Positions 25,601-37,849 of a stretch of DNA of 64,000 nt are shown in pieces. Origin of the DNA: Takakia lepidozioides. Its lineage: Eukaryota; Plantae; Bryophyta. Location: NCBI GenBank assembly GCA_030704615.1, contig CM060732.1, positions 47,368,001 to 47,432,000 on the forward strand, written 5' to 3'. Under the pieces are notes generated by a model. That model worked only from the letters and a program-made list of their open reading frames with translations. It ran no database searches and had not been told where the DNA came from. Made by a program: the position numbers and the translations under genes. Position 1 is the stretch's first letter. Every line of letters begins with the position of its first letter.

Positions 25601-27790
25601 GATCTGTTTGTCGAATGCACTCATGAGGTTCTTCCTTTGATTTTTCATCTCGAACTTCATCATGTCCTCAAGCCCAGTTGCAGACCGCTGCTCTTCTGTG
25701 TGGGAATCATAGTACTCTGCTTTCGCCTTCAATCCAGTTTCTGCTATTTCTTGCTGCATACATAACAGGTAAAAAGAATCAAACACTGGAATTTCTTCAC
25801 AAAATTTGCAGTAACAACAGGCAAACAGGTGTCAAAAAGCTTACAGTGTACATGTACTCAAGAAAAGCCTCCCTTGTCAAGCTGTACCATGTGCTTGTCT
25901 TCTTCTCAGCACACCTCTTCATCTGCTGAGGACTGAGCACGTTCGTGAATGACTCCAGTGGCATCAGCCCTACCTTCTGGATGCGGAATAGAGTGTGGCA
26001 CAGATTGGTCGTCACATGAGATGTTTCATTGGACCTGGAAAAACCTTCAACTCATAAGATGATTTCAAATTGTCGAAACAAGGAACAGACACAAAGTTGG
26101 AAACTTACTTGTTTATGTCGTGCATGGCTGTCAAGAGCTGCGTGACACGTCCTTTGTGATCGAGAACCATGGAAACCACGCTCCAGTGCCATTCGATGTC
26201 GTCCGAGTGCAAGCTTGAAATGTAATCCATCCAGGCAAGCAGTCTGTGGTTCCCATCCCAGACAAAAAACATCTTTCCCATGAATGCTTTTGTGGAGGCC
26301 TTTTTGGACAGCTTAAACTCGAACTCCCTGTTTACATCCTGCCAGCATGCATCCCAACCTTGCTCAATGTCCTCTGTTACAAGACACTCCTCTCCTTTCG
26401 TGTTCATAGTGGATACGTAGAACACTGTTGATCCCTTGACATAGCCGTGAACAAAGTCGTTCTTCAACTTCGTTATATCATTCCTCAATGCCGGTCGAAC
26501 AGCGGGCATGGAGATCATCCTGCACAGCGGAATGACCAGGTTTCCGCCGGGAACCTCCATCGACAGAATCACCTTCGACGAGTTCACTTTTTGCCCACCA
26601 ATTATCTCCTCGGCCTTGTCTTCATAGTTTCCCTCCAATGAGTTTTCCTCACCTTCACCTTCTGACGCGGCCAAATCTTCCCCCTCGGATTTCCTTTTTC
26701 TTTTCCTCTGCACAGAATGAATTATCTGTGAGTGACAGATTGAGCACCCATGGATCAACATTGCTTTGACGCAAGGTTGATTGATGGGGATGTAGTTTAG
26801 ACTGAAAGGCATACAGGAAAGACTTTTGAAGCAAAAAAATGCTTTGCGTTGACGCAGGGTTCTTTTGGGAGCTTCAACTAATCAACTTTCCCTACCTTAC
26901 AGTTTAGGGTATGAGAGATCGGACGCTTCCATTGAACAAAAAAATCATCAAAACTAGCCTTGCGTCAACGCAATGTTGATTCCTGTGCGGCATCTGTTCG
27001 TTTCACTAGAAGTTCTAACATACACCATGGAGGTTGGCATCAACCTTGCGTTGACGCAAGGTTGATTGCGAGCTCTCGGATCGGTGTTGAACAAACACAA
27101 AAGCTACAGGAAAAGGAGATTGCTGTCTCTTCTTCTTCTTCGAACTTGATGATGCGTCGCAAGCATCCATGTCTGTCTAGCTTGATTGTAGTGCAGCATC
27201 TGCACTGTTTTGATGCCTAATATATACACTTAGGAGGTCGACTTCAACCTTGCGTTGACACAAGGTTGATGTCGACCTCAATGCTTAGCAAGAACCAGAC
27301 AGAATCAGAGAGAGAGAAAGAGAGTTCATAGCCACCTCCGGTTTCTTCTTTGCACTTGATGATGCTCCTGACGCATTCAATCTTTCCATTTGGTCTGGAG
27401 GTAGCATGCTTCCAAGGAGGTCCCGATGGTGCGAAACAAGGGCAGACGGCATCGTTTCCGCGTCCGTTTGTTCTCCCTGCTCTTTGAAGACCTGTTTCTC
27501 TACTCGCAGTGCTTTCTCCCGAGCCCAGCTCACTTCCTCGTCCTCCCCCCTTCTATTGGAGGTTGCTCATCGGTCGCCTCCGGGATCACTTCAAGACCTT
27601 CCTCTCCACACTGCGGTTGCAGAATCCTGTTTTGCCCTTCGTCTTCCTCTACGCCGGATGTTTCTTCTCCCATTCTAAGTTCCCGTCTCGCCTTCCTCAT
27701 CCTCTCCTTAGCGCGTGCCCTTTGCTTGTTTGATGTGAAATAAAGTGTTCTTCGACGCTTGCTTCTCCCTCGGAATGGGGTCACCGTCTC
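22685..27790 (-). CDS. Spliced gene: ParB/Sulfiredoxin-like domain fused to a beta-class N4C/N6A DNA methyltransferase-like domain (3' end interrupted)
   Basis: GT-AG exons at about 27790-27335, 26708-26109, 26034-25845, 25754-25311, 25229-25014, 24141-23534, 23404-23066 and 22966-22685. ParB-like IPLCRM...VRP...FFVWDGNHRLLAW. MTase-like ATDLVVLDIPDG (motif IV position), WAFSFSNKFLSDSGALLL, GFRVIKTW and REKSPAFMQTLVETCSRHGGRVVDLSMGT (motif X/I). Two apparent frameshifts. Confidence 0.75.
24266..24882. repeat. Six dispersed 22-bp palindromes (consensus AACCTTGCGTYRACGCAAGGTT) in an intron
   Basis: Copies start at 24266, 24361, 24456, 24588, 24746 and 24861. Confidence 0.9.
26757..27279. repeat. 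Five copies of the same 22-bp palindrome in another intron; the last is extended to a 46-bp hairpin
   Basis: Copies start at ~26757, 26840, 26956, 27042 and 27246. GAGGTCGAC...GTCGACCTC flanks the last (27234-27279). Confidence 0.9.
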
Positions 27791-28453
27791 TGCAAAATCC
27801 AGGGTTGCAAAGACAATAAGGAGAAGAGGGAAAAAAGAGGACTATGGGAGGTTCATCGCAAGGCCTTCAACGCCAAGATGTTCGCTCGCAACGTTCAGTG
27901 CGCCACTGACTCATTCCACATGCATGGCGAACACGTGTCCATCTAATCGTTATGAAATATCGGCGGAGATCATTGGATCCTCATCCATCCAAAAATCGTT
28001 GGGGTCTAATCACCTCTCATCTGAAAAAGTTCATTATTGGGCAATTTATTCTGGGATGTTCCAGAGGAATGTCAAGTATGTACAGTTGTACAGCGGTGCA
28101 GGTGCCGTTAAAATTAAATGGAAATGGGCATCTCTTCTGGCCTCTCTGACATGACAACCAAACGGCGGCTCTGTCAGTCAATCTGTCAACGAATGCACTG
28201 GTGGGGCACTTGTGAAAAAACAGTTGGATTCTAGGGCTGACATTATGGACTCCGCATTTGGGCACTCTGTGACCATGTGCTTGGTTTGCATGGGGAGACA
28301 TTTCACAGAAGTGGAAACCCGCGTTAGGAGATCTGCAAGCCGGAGCGATACCTGCAATTCTCTGTGAGGACGCCAAAAACTCCGCTCCCACACAATTTGC
28401 ATTCACAAGCACCGTCGGACTGTGAACTCTACTTTCTGAAGCAACATCGACAT

Positions 28454-31400
28454 ATGGCCTCCCAGGCCATGGGCTCCCTTGACGCGGACTTCTTCAGTGA
28501 GGACCACCCTGTGCCATTTTCTTACGAGGTGGAAGATGATGGTTTTGCGCTGGTGCATGAACACGTCCTCGCAACGCAGTTTCGGTTGGAAAATGGAACT
28601 CTATTCCTTCAAAGGGAAGTGTACGATGCCAATGGAAAACTGCTCAAGTACGGGTTCCAGAAACCTTCGCATACTGCACCAGCCACACAATGGAGAGTGC
28701 CTCCAGGCAGATACAGGGTGCTCAGTGCTCCTCTGAGACAGTCTGCAGGATCTTTCGTAACTCCTGGCACGGCAGCATCAGTGGCCCAGGAGAAAACACC
28801 CGTGGTTGTCAAGAAGGAGACGAGTACCGTTAACACTGTAGTTGAGCTTTCGGACTCATCCTCCGATGACACATGTGCAATACCGCCCGTGGATCAGCCA
28901 TGTCCACATGTAGAAGCAGATGTGGAGGAGATCACCAGTGTCATTCCTAAACTGAAAGCCATGGGTGGGATGGCAGGATTCAAGAGTGAGTTGAGGGGGA
29001 TAGACTGGAGCACTTTCAATATTCAGAGGGTGGCATTCTTGCCGGAATCTTTTGATGGTAATACTGTTTTCGAGCTGCCTCCTCCTGGTCGCTTGGGGGG
29101 CATTTCTAGTCTCCTGGAAGGAATGGACAAAAAGCACGATGGGCACCCTTGGTGCCGCACAAAAACCTCCAATATTCACAACAACGACAACCTCATATTC
29201 AGGCGAACAGTCTGTAATGGGCACCTGAAATGCGAGAACATGAAATGCAGACACTTCGCATTGTCGGTGTGCAAAACCAAAGCGAATGGGATGGTGTCAG
29301 TGAGAATCCATTCAAGCCTGGGGTGACACCACCATACAGTAACACTTTTGTGTGCAAGTTCTGTAGGGTACCACCTTGCTGCCTTGCTTTGTGTGGCGCC
29401 AGAATGTATTATGTGGTGCATCGATTCAAAACCCTGACTAGAGCCTGTGTCCATTTCGGTTTTCACAACCACCCTGTGTCCAAGGGGGATTATAGGGAGA
29501 GCGTTGACACAGTCTTGCGTCTGATAAGGCAAGAGTTGGATACCAATCCAACTGGAACCACATCTGCAATTGCCATGGGGGCGAGCAAGTCCTTTCTGGA
29601 AAGCCGTATTCTGTGTGCATCAAATTCGGTTGGAGGAATACTGGAGGGATCAGCTTTGGACACTGTTATGGACCATTTCTCAACTTTGACTTCTCCAAAC
29701 ATTAGGAATCAGGTGAACGCTTTAAGAATGGGCTCTGGGAGCCGAGGTTATATGGACAATATTATGGATTTGAAGAAAAGGAGCATGTATGACTACATCC
29801 AAGACAGCGTTTTCCCGGGACAAGGAGCCAGGAAAGTGTTCTTGTTCAAAATGTCCACAAAAGGTGAGGGCAGCGGGGTCAGCCTGGTTAAACGTATGCA
29901 GAAGGGTGGCGATCTTGGCAATTGCTTCCTTATGTTCGATCATGTCAAGAGGGTTAAAGACTGGACCACAATGGCATGTCATGTTTACGACCCTGTGTAC
30001 CAGCGGGTCATGACAATTGCAGTGTGTGACATGCAGTCAGAGGACACAGATTCACAACAGCTCATGTGGGAAGCTCTCATTCGAGTTATGGCCTCCAATG
30101 GTCTCCCATCTCCCAATTTCGTTGGTTTCATGGCCGATAGTGCTCAAGCTAACTTCAACGCTGTCCGCATTGTGTTCGGGACGGGAGACCCAAAAGTGCC
30201 AATGCCTGGAAGAGAACGTACATGTCTTTTCCATTGGACACAATCCCTGGACAAACACACAAAGACATACATCAAGCCAGATATGCAGACTATGCATCGC
30301 CAACTGTGCAACCAGTACAAAGACGCCAAAACTATGGGGGAAGCGAATACATTGTTCCAGACAATTCGTGCCTGGTGGTACTCATCTGGAGCGGCATCGG
30401 AGGACAGCATGAGGGCACTGCAAGACTGGTTCGCATTTTGGCACTTCCGTTACCGACAGTGGGGAGCGGCCATGACAACGGTGAGTGGTTTGTATTCACC
30501 TTCGTTTGGGTGCTTCGGATATATCTTTCAGGGTCCCAATCCTAATATCGGCTTTCTGTTTTTTTGCCTTGCAGCATATGTCCATTGAGGAGATGGCGGA
30601 CATGCCTTCTTGCAATCTTGCGGAGACAGTGCACAATGCCTGGTTGCAGCAATCCGGCAAAAAAGGGAGAGATTTGTATGCGGCGACGGCCGATGACCTC
30701 ATTCGTGCTCTGCAGCAGCAAACCAGATATAGGTCATTCTTGAGGGGTGGCCTTGGTGGCAAAGGTCCGGACAGGAGCGAGTTGATGTTGCGGGCAGCTG
30801 GAAGATCAGGGGATCCCAGCAAAATAGCGCGGGCAGTGAGCATATGTGCAGATGGCACCCCTCTCGTGGGAAGAGTTCCCCATCTGGAAGGCGAAGAGAG
30901 ATTCGGGTCTTGCAAACGGAAATTGGACACCCCTCCGGGATCGGATGCAGATTCCCATAGGGCGGACAGGGTGAACTTCTTGACGCCACGTGTTCCCTTG
31001 GATCAGAGATGGAATTGCGGAACATCCACAGTGAGGGCTACTCTGCCCCAGACCGGACCCCTGCATCAAGCATTGTCACTGCAATGGTTGAAGACCAGAA
31101 CGTGGTGCCGCATATAATCGAGTCCATGGGCTTGGACGAGGTTTGGCATATAGAACGCACAAGTGCTGGATCTCGTGTGAAATGCGCGGCGATCAGGGCC
31201 ACCAATCATGAAAAATGTACATCATTATCTCCAGAGGGAAAGAACGCACTGCAGCTCCTACATTCACGGGTTTGTTTCTCCCTTACGGACAAGGCGAGGC
31301 AAAGAACCACAAGTTCTGGTTCTGCGCTGACGATTGTGGGAGATGTGTGCATGGTACAGTGAGGCCTTCCGTGGTAAGGAAGCCTACTCCACCAACCGTG

Positions 31401-31955
31401 TGGCCTGTGAAGATGGGCACAGGTCTCACTCACCGAGAGATCGCAATGCTGGAAGAGGCGGGTTTCTCCCTAGCCAGACATTCCATTGCACGTGAAGGTG
31501 CTTCAAGTGGAAGCGGTTCACGGGTACCTCCGCCTGACGCTCACTTGTGGCCAACCAGACGGAATGGGAAGCTGGTTCGACGATTCCCTCCAACCGCAGA
31601 ACACTACGGCAAAATTGAGTCCGCCAGAATGCTTCACGCTCGTGTTGCGGGAACAATGGAAGTGCCTGATCCAGGGTATGGTCGGGTCTTCACCATGATC
31701 TCATCCGCATCTGCGCTGCAGGACAGGACGTACGAAATCACTGTTTCCAATTTTCCCAATTGTACATGTCCTGATTTTGTTGGTATGCTTTCAAGTAGTT
31801 TGGGAAAGAGAGGGAAGTTCATACCGTGCAAACACCTTTACTTCGTCTTCTTGAGAAGGATGGTTTGTGATCCAAAGCGCGACTTCTTCATTCACCAAGC
31901 CACTATGAGTTTCAACGAAGTCAACACACTTCTACAGCGGGATACAAGCCCATAA
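28454..31955 (+). CDS. MuDR/MULE-like transposase with GCM/WRKY-like Zn domain, DDE core and C-terminal SWIM finger (frameshifted as assembled)
   Basis: Cys/His domain CNGHLKCENMKC...CKFC...C...HFGFHNHP. Core FLMFDHVK, FMADSAQA, TCLFHW (CxxH) and CNLAETVH. SWIM CTCPDF...PCKH. Intron 30481-30574 (GT-AG). Frameshifts near 29260, 31000 and 31230. Confidence 0.85.
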
Positions 31956-32137
31956 AAATCTGTGTTTTCCTTGACTACAACTTGTAATGGAATGACTGTT
32001 CAAGTCCAGTGACTCTCAATGTATGTCGTCTAACATCTTTGCTATGCGTGGGTCAATGCATTTGTCGCATTGGTTTGTCATTCTCTTTTCATTAGCAAAC
32101 ACAAGAAACTACCTTCAGATAGACAGATGATCAAATC

Positions 32138-32369
32138 AACCTCGTCTCAACACGAGGTTTACTTGAAGTTCTCCAAATCCTCCTTGTGTTGACACAAGGA
32201 TGATTTTAGTTCTCAGAAAACAACATCGTGTCAACACGAAGTTCATTTTTGTTCCAGGAAAACAACCTCGTGTTAACACGAGGTTTTGTTGAAGTTCTCC
32301 AAATCCCCCTTGTGTCGACACGAGGTTCATTTCAGTTCTACGAAATGAAGCTCCTGTTAACAGAAGGTT
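32138..32369. repeat. Array of six 22-bp palindromes (AACCTCGTGTYRACACGAGGTT) at an exact 42-bp period
   Basis: Units start at 32138, 32180, 32222, 32264, 32306 and 32348. The 20-bp spacers resemble one another. Confidence 0.92.
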
Positions 32370-32487
32370 GAACTCCAGGAAAGCCTGAAACCCTTCATCC
32401 GTTTCACCTTCATGTGGTGAAATCAGCAGTTGGGGGCTCCACGGTTATAGGCCCACCTTCTTTGTGGTGACATGGCATGACCTGGAC

Positions 32488-32605
32488 CAGGCTCACGCCA
32501 CGTCAGCATCATCGCCATGTCAGCAGCGTGAGCGTAGGCTCACGCCACGTCATCATTGTGTGAGCGTACGCTCACACGCTCACGCGCCAGGCTCACGCGG
32601 TAGCG
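32488..32605. repeat. Subterminal GCTCACGC/GCGTGAGC repeats at the right end of element A
   Basis: About seven copies in both orientations, including the perfect palindrome GTGTGAGCGTACGCTCACAC. Confidence 0.75.
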
Positions 32606-32612
32606 TCGTTGG

Positions 32613-34030
32613 TAAGCTGCCAAGCATTTCTGATCTTCATAGTGAAAGAGTTCAGTGAGAGATTGGGTTCCACAGAATAGACAATGGAATCTCCCACGGA
32701 TGTCATAGTATAGAGGGCCCAGTACAAGAAGAAGTGTTCTTCAGTTTCAATTTCCTGGTTACGCCCTGTGCAAGCTGGACATAGGCGGTCCTTCCGCTGC
32801 AGGTTTTCCCATATGCCAGTCTCTATCCGTAGGTTGTGGAAGCCCACCCTGAACCGCCCCAAAGCCATCAGGAGAGAAGGAGATAAAGCTGCCGAAAGGT
32901 AATTGGGCCGCAAGATTCCATGATCTCGGAGGACTAGGAATTTTTCTCCATAGAAATGGAGCTTTGTCGTGAGGTTGGGTAACTTCCAAGTTCTCGTGAC
33001 ATATAGCTCCATAAGCTCCCTCCTAATGAGTCTGTTGCGGTCATGCTTGGATGTGACGTCCACCCTTTCTGGATTCACTGGCAATAGTGAAGCAATAGAG
33101 AGTCCATGGCGTTCAAAAAAGGTATCCACACGAGCATACCAGGATTGTTTGAAACCTGCATTTTTGAGATGTTGCGAGTGCTCTGGCCACAAGCCGCTTG
33201 GGGGGAAGGGCTTGTATCAAAATTGTAAGCCGGAAGAAGGCCTCAGTTTGCAGCGCAGGCGAATTCTGCACTTAGTATGTGAGACGGAGTCGTGCCTCTG
33301 GCGCCAAGCATTGCTTGGAGGAAAGATGACTGCAATGGTTCCAGATTCTTTTCCCACCAGGAAACTGGGACTGCAGGTGCCCAGAATTCACAGCCAAAAG
33401 TGGCATTTGGGGTGACAACCTGTAAAACAACCACTTCTTGGTAGGTGGATGGCGCAGATGTATCTGTTTGCATTTTGGCATGAAGGTGGATGGAGGCTCC
33501 CTTGCCTTTTGTCAATCTGTCCAGGGCAGTTACTGCAAACTGGAATTTGGGGGCGTGGATAACCAAACCCAGATACCGGTAGGATTTGACTATCTCAACC
33601 TCCCGATTGTTGAGGAAAAATGTACGGTTGGCCTGCCCATTGAAAACCATGATCTTGGTTTTGCTAAGATTGATTTGCAGCCCATAGTCTTTGGAGAACT
33701 GTTCCAGGATGTGGAGATAGCGTTGCAGGAAGAGAGGAGATTGTGCTCAAGGGCAACATCATCCGCGTCGAGGAGATCTGATTGTGTTGGTCCTCCATCC
33801 AATGGCACACCAACTCCATGGTTTTTTGAGATGTAGAATTCCAAGGCGTCACTGTAGATTCCGAAGAGGGTAGGTAAGAGGGGGCAGCCCTGTTTGACCC
33901 CAATGTTGCTATGGACCTCAGCTGAGAATTTCCCTGCGACATTGACCATGCCAGTGACGATCTCATACATGGAGGAAATGGCATAGAGAATGGCCTGAGA
34001 GACTCCCACCCTATGGAGCCGTTGGAAAAG
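32613..34030 (-). mobile_element. LINE ORF2 remnant (RT plus C-terminal Zn motif)
   Basis: GVKQGCPLLPTLFGIY, LLDADDVAL (YADD-like), YRYLG and RFRVGFHNLRIETG...CPAC...ETEEHF. Frameshifted. Confidence 0.88.
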
Positions 34031-37000
34031 AAGGTCGCTCTCTTTTTCCCATCAACTGTGAACCTCAGTGGTTCACATGCTGAGAGCACCCTGAGAATCA
34101 GATCCAAACCCAAACAGATGTTGGTTTTTCTGCCCCATCCACATCATCCCTTCTTGTTGTTTCCAAACAGTTCTATCTAGCTCTCACTGGTTTCCTCTAC
34201 CTACTAAGCTAGTTCCACATTGACTGCAATGTGTCAACATCCCAGGCTAGATTGTTTGTACAAGCTCATGACGCTGAAACAAAGAACAAGAATACAACAG
34301 CAGCAACCATTCTGTCCCAGCAACGAATCAACCCTGTTTTCATTCATTTTTCCTACTGTACGTGTATCTTTTCGCAGCTGCTGCAGTGGTGTTGGCAGCA
34401 CAGGATATCTGAGAAAGTTCCACCTACGCAAAGGGTATCAGCTTGCTTTTAAGAGAAATGTTAAGAGCTCCTGCTTGGCTTTCTGTGCAAGAAGAAGCGG
34501 TGCCGCCTTCTTCGTAAGCAATGATCAAACCAGAGGGATCAGGTTTGTGATAAGGGCGGTGCACCACTGCTGTCGCCATTGTCTTGATGAGCACATTAAT
34601 GAGGAGATGGAGCGGCTCAGCAGGTGTTGGGGGATGAGAAATGCAGGCTGGTGTGTATAGCGCCTCAGGTTGTCTGTGATCAAATCTTGTAGCTGCTGTC
34701 TGTTTTTGAGCTTTAGGACCAGATCACTTTGTAAGGGAATCAGCTTGCCTTAAAGAGCGACGTTAAGGGATCTGGCTTGGCATTCTGTGCAAGAGGAAGC
34801 GGTGCCGCCTTCTGGTGTGTATGGCGCTTAAGCTATCTATAATTAAGTTTTGTATCTGCTCTCTGTCTTAAAGGCTGTAGGACCAGATCACTTCATAGGG
34901 AAGAAATGCACATGTAGAAGGATAGGGTAGAGGTTGGCAGGCACAAGGATGTGCCAGCAGCTGAAGCAGGGCCGTCATGCCTTAATGAGGACTGGAATCA
35001 CGATAAGAAGAAACGTCGGAAATGGCTGACGAGGGAGAGGACAAGGTGCCTTCTTGACAGGCAGACCCACCGCTTCAATGAGTATAAGACAGATAAGTTT
35101 GAAGTGTGGCCCCCTCTTTTTTGGTGACTTAGAAATCGCTTTGTGAAGTTTGGACTGTCTCTTGTATGTAGTAAGAGACACTGACATGTGAGGAAGAAAA
35201 AGAGCTTTGGAAATGGAATGAAGACACTGGACAAATTGAGAGCTGTCTTGTGCAAATGGCTACACCTGGGAAAAGTGGAGTGTGAAGCATCTGTCATTGG
35301 CAAGAGAGGGACTGATAAAAGGGCTGATTATATCTTGTGTGACCAAGGTTGATTTCAATGCTGGGTGCACTGGATGCTTGGCTGAATGCGCATTGCATTG
35401 CATCATAGACATGCTACAGTGGAAAGAGTGAGGAACCTACTCACCCTGAAAGAAAGAGAGAGGGAGAGAGAAAAGGACATAAGGGAGAGAGCTGACCAGC
35501 AAGAGGGGATGGAGAGGAATGGATGATTGGGGCGGTAAGATAAAGAAAGCATGAACCCATGAAGGGCCAAACTGGTGGGCCTGCAACTCATGGCAGATCT
35601 GAGTTGCCTCCTTCCAAATCGTGATCTTATTACAAAGGGGATTCCACTTGTTGCTGACCAAGGGAGCTGCCCACAAGGGCAGTGGTCATCACTGACGTAG
35701 GGCTGGTTGCATCACTGAAGACAACATGGTAACATGGCTGGTGCAGTGTACCAGGGAGAGGATGTCGTGGAGAAGTAGAACCACGGGTGAAAACAATACA
35801 GACTCCCCATCCATGTCTTCTCTTCCGCTGCGGCGTGGATGAGGATTGTGTGAACTCTGATCATGAAGGACCTGAGGGAAACCCACACCGAGTGACGATG
35901 GTTGGATCACCTGAGAGGAGAGCTCCTTTCCTTCCCTCCAATTGACCTGGGGAGGAGCACAACTAGACTTGCACAGAAGGGGATTCACGCCCCTTCTTTT
36001 CACACTACAAAAGACCAATGGAGTAAACGGTTAATAGGTTACAGAAAAATTGAAAGACACTAATCTTGCTATGAGGTGCATCAATGCATATGCTCATATG
36101 TACATAGCACAAGTTCATAGAAGGTTTGCTACCAAGAGCTTACTGATTGGAATGTAAAATGGAAGTAAAACAACATAGAGATGGACAATCAAAGGCACTC
36201 GGAGGTAGAATCCAAATATCCTTTCAGACAGAATTAGGGTAAATGCATGTGATCCTCGTGCCTCTTCCAGCCAGTTTCTCCTTGAAATTCAGATGTATGT
36301 ATGTATGTTACATATACCACAAAATAGGAAAACCAAATCCCTACACAACTTGAAAGGCTACTGATCATACAATAAGTGTACCATAAATTCCGATCCCTTT
36401 ACCAGCTCCTGGATCTCTACAAGATACTATGGAGGGCAAGAGTTGGGGCAGGTAACAAGAGCTGTAGACAGGAGGGAATACACTCTCCTGCTGCCACATC
36501 TGAAATACAGAAACACCAAGATCCCTTACTTCCATCACGTAGTACTGCTTTGGTCTAACTTGTCCAACTTGATGGATGATACCCAGAGGAAACGCTTGAA
36601 GTAACTTCTACAAAGAGGGAGAGAAAGCATGTGAAATACCTGGGTACAACGCCCTTTCATATGATATTTACAAGGGACGGATTGAAGTTTGGAAGAGATG
36701 GGCATGAGATTGCGAACCCTAAACCCTACTCACGGTCTTTTTCTGCTCGTTTTTTCCTGTATGTTACATGCCAAAGCTTCTCCTCATCTCTGTTATCTGT
36801 TTTTGGATCATTTCCTGCCACATCGGCATTAACTTGTCAAAGTCACTCCAAGCCACCATAGATCCAACGAGCTAACTTACAGAATTCAATATGCATCTCA
36901 GGCCGAGTCTAATGAGAGGGCAAAACAGGCTGAAAACATGTGTTGAGGGCCCCATCAACTACAAAGCGCATATGGGTGGAGTAGAAGAACTCAATACACA

Positions 37001-37849
37001 TGTCCATGAAAGTGCCTATGATGATACATTAAAGCTCTATGTACCGCAAGCGCCCACCCGCGAGTGTAGTGAACTGGGTGCCACACGCGCACTCAAAAAG
37101 CCCTAGGATGTGCCACAAATTTGCTGATGGAATTCACCACATGCCACAATCCCACTAGCATAAACATGGATCCCGACAACACATGGCCAGCGAATGACCC
37201 CATTTTGAATGTTGGTTCTCGTTGTTCTATTTCCTGAGCGTCTTTGGTCTTCCGTAATCTATCTCAACAACCATTCCTTGCTTCCTCATCTAACCGAGCA
37301 CCATTCCCACGCTCTCCTTCCTCCCCTTCTGCCTGTGTGTACATTAGTGTGTACGCACCTGTCAACACATGGGAAAGACCCAGGGACAACTGAATGTCTA
37401 AGTGAATGTCTAACTTATGCTATGGTTGCGCGCTCTAGTACCTTGGATGTATTTGTTGCATACATGGGGCATGTATGATGGATGCGTGCAATACAGTAAC
37501 ACGGAGTTCAATGTGTGACAGTATTTGCAATGGACCCGACGCGGGGGGGGGGGGGGGGGGGGGCGCTCCTAGCGCGGCGACCGCGGACATCAGCGCTGCC
37601 GCGAGGGGGGCGAGGCCAAGGAGGCCCGCTGAGGCAGCATTCAACTCAAGGGCCTCTTTTATCACTTGCCTATCCATACTACGGTAGTTTGTAAATAATA
37701 TAAAAAATTAGTTAGTGAAAGAATTGGAGGTTTATATACTGCGACAATATGTATAGTTTGTATATCGACAGTTGCTGCTATATATTCAGCACCGAGATGT
37801 GAAAATGATAATGTTGTATACTTATCATATAATATCATTGTTCCAGACT

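Larger units (their letters stand above)
22632..32612. mobile_element. Mutator/MULE-like DNA transposon carrying a ParB-DNA methyltransferase-like cargo gene (element A; left end cut by the LTR element)
   Basis: Divergent transposase and cargo genes, one palindrome family shared between the cargo introns and the right end, subterminal GCTCACGC repeats at 32490-32600, and an abrupt junction with LINE coding sequence at ~32612. Confidence 0.75.

Noticed and set aside
22685-27790. Bacterial contamination explaining the ParB/MTase gene
   Set aside because: The gene has multiple canonical GT-AG introns, is interrupted by a plant LTR element and is paired with a eukaryotic MULE transposase.
32138-32369. 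CRISPR-like repeat-spacer array
   Set aside because: The spacers are only 20 bp and resemble each other, there are no cas genes, and the context is a eukaryotic transposon.
34030-37500. Host gene in this interval
   Set aside because: Short ORFs and splice-like signals are present, but there is no recognisable domain or consistent frame. Small local duplications (~34480/34785) have no clear meaning.
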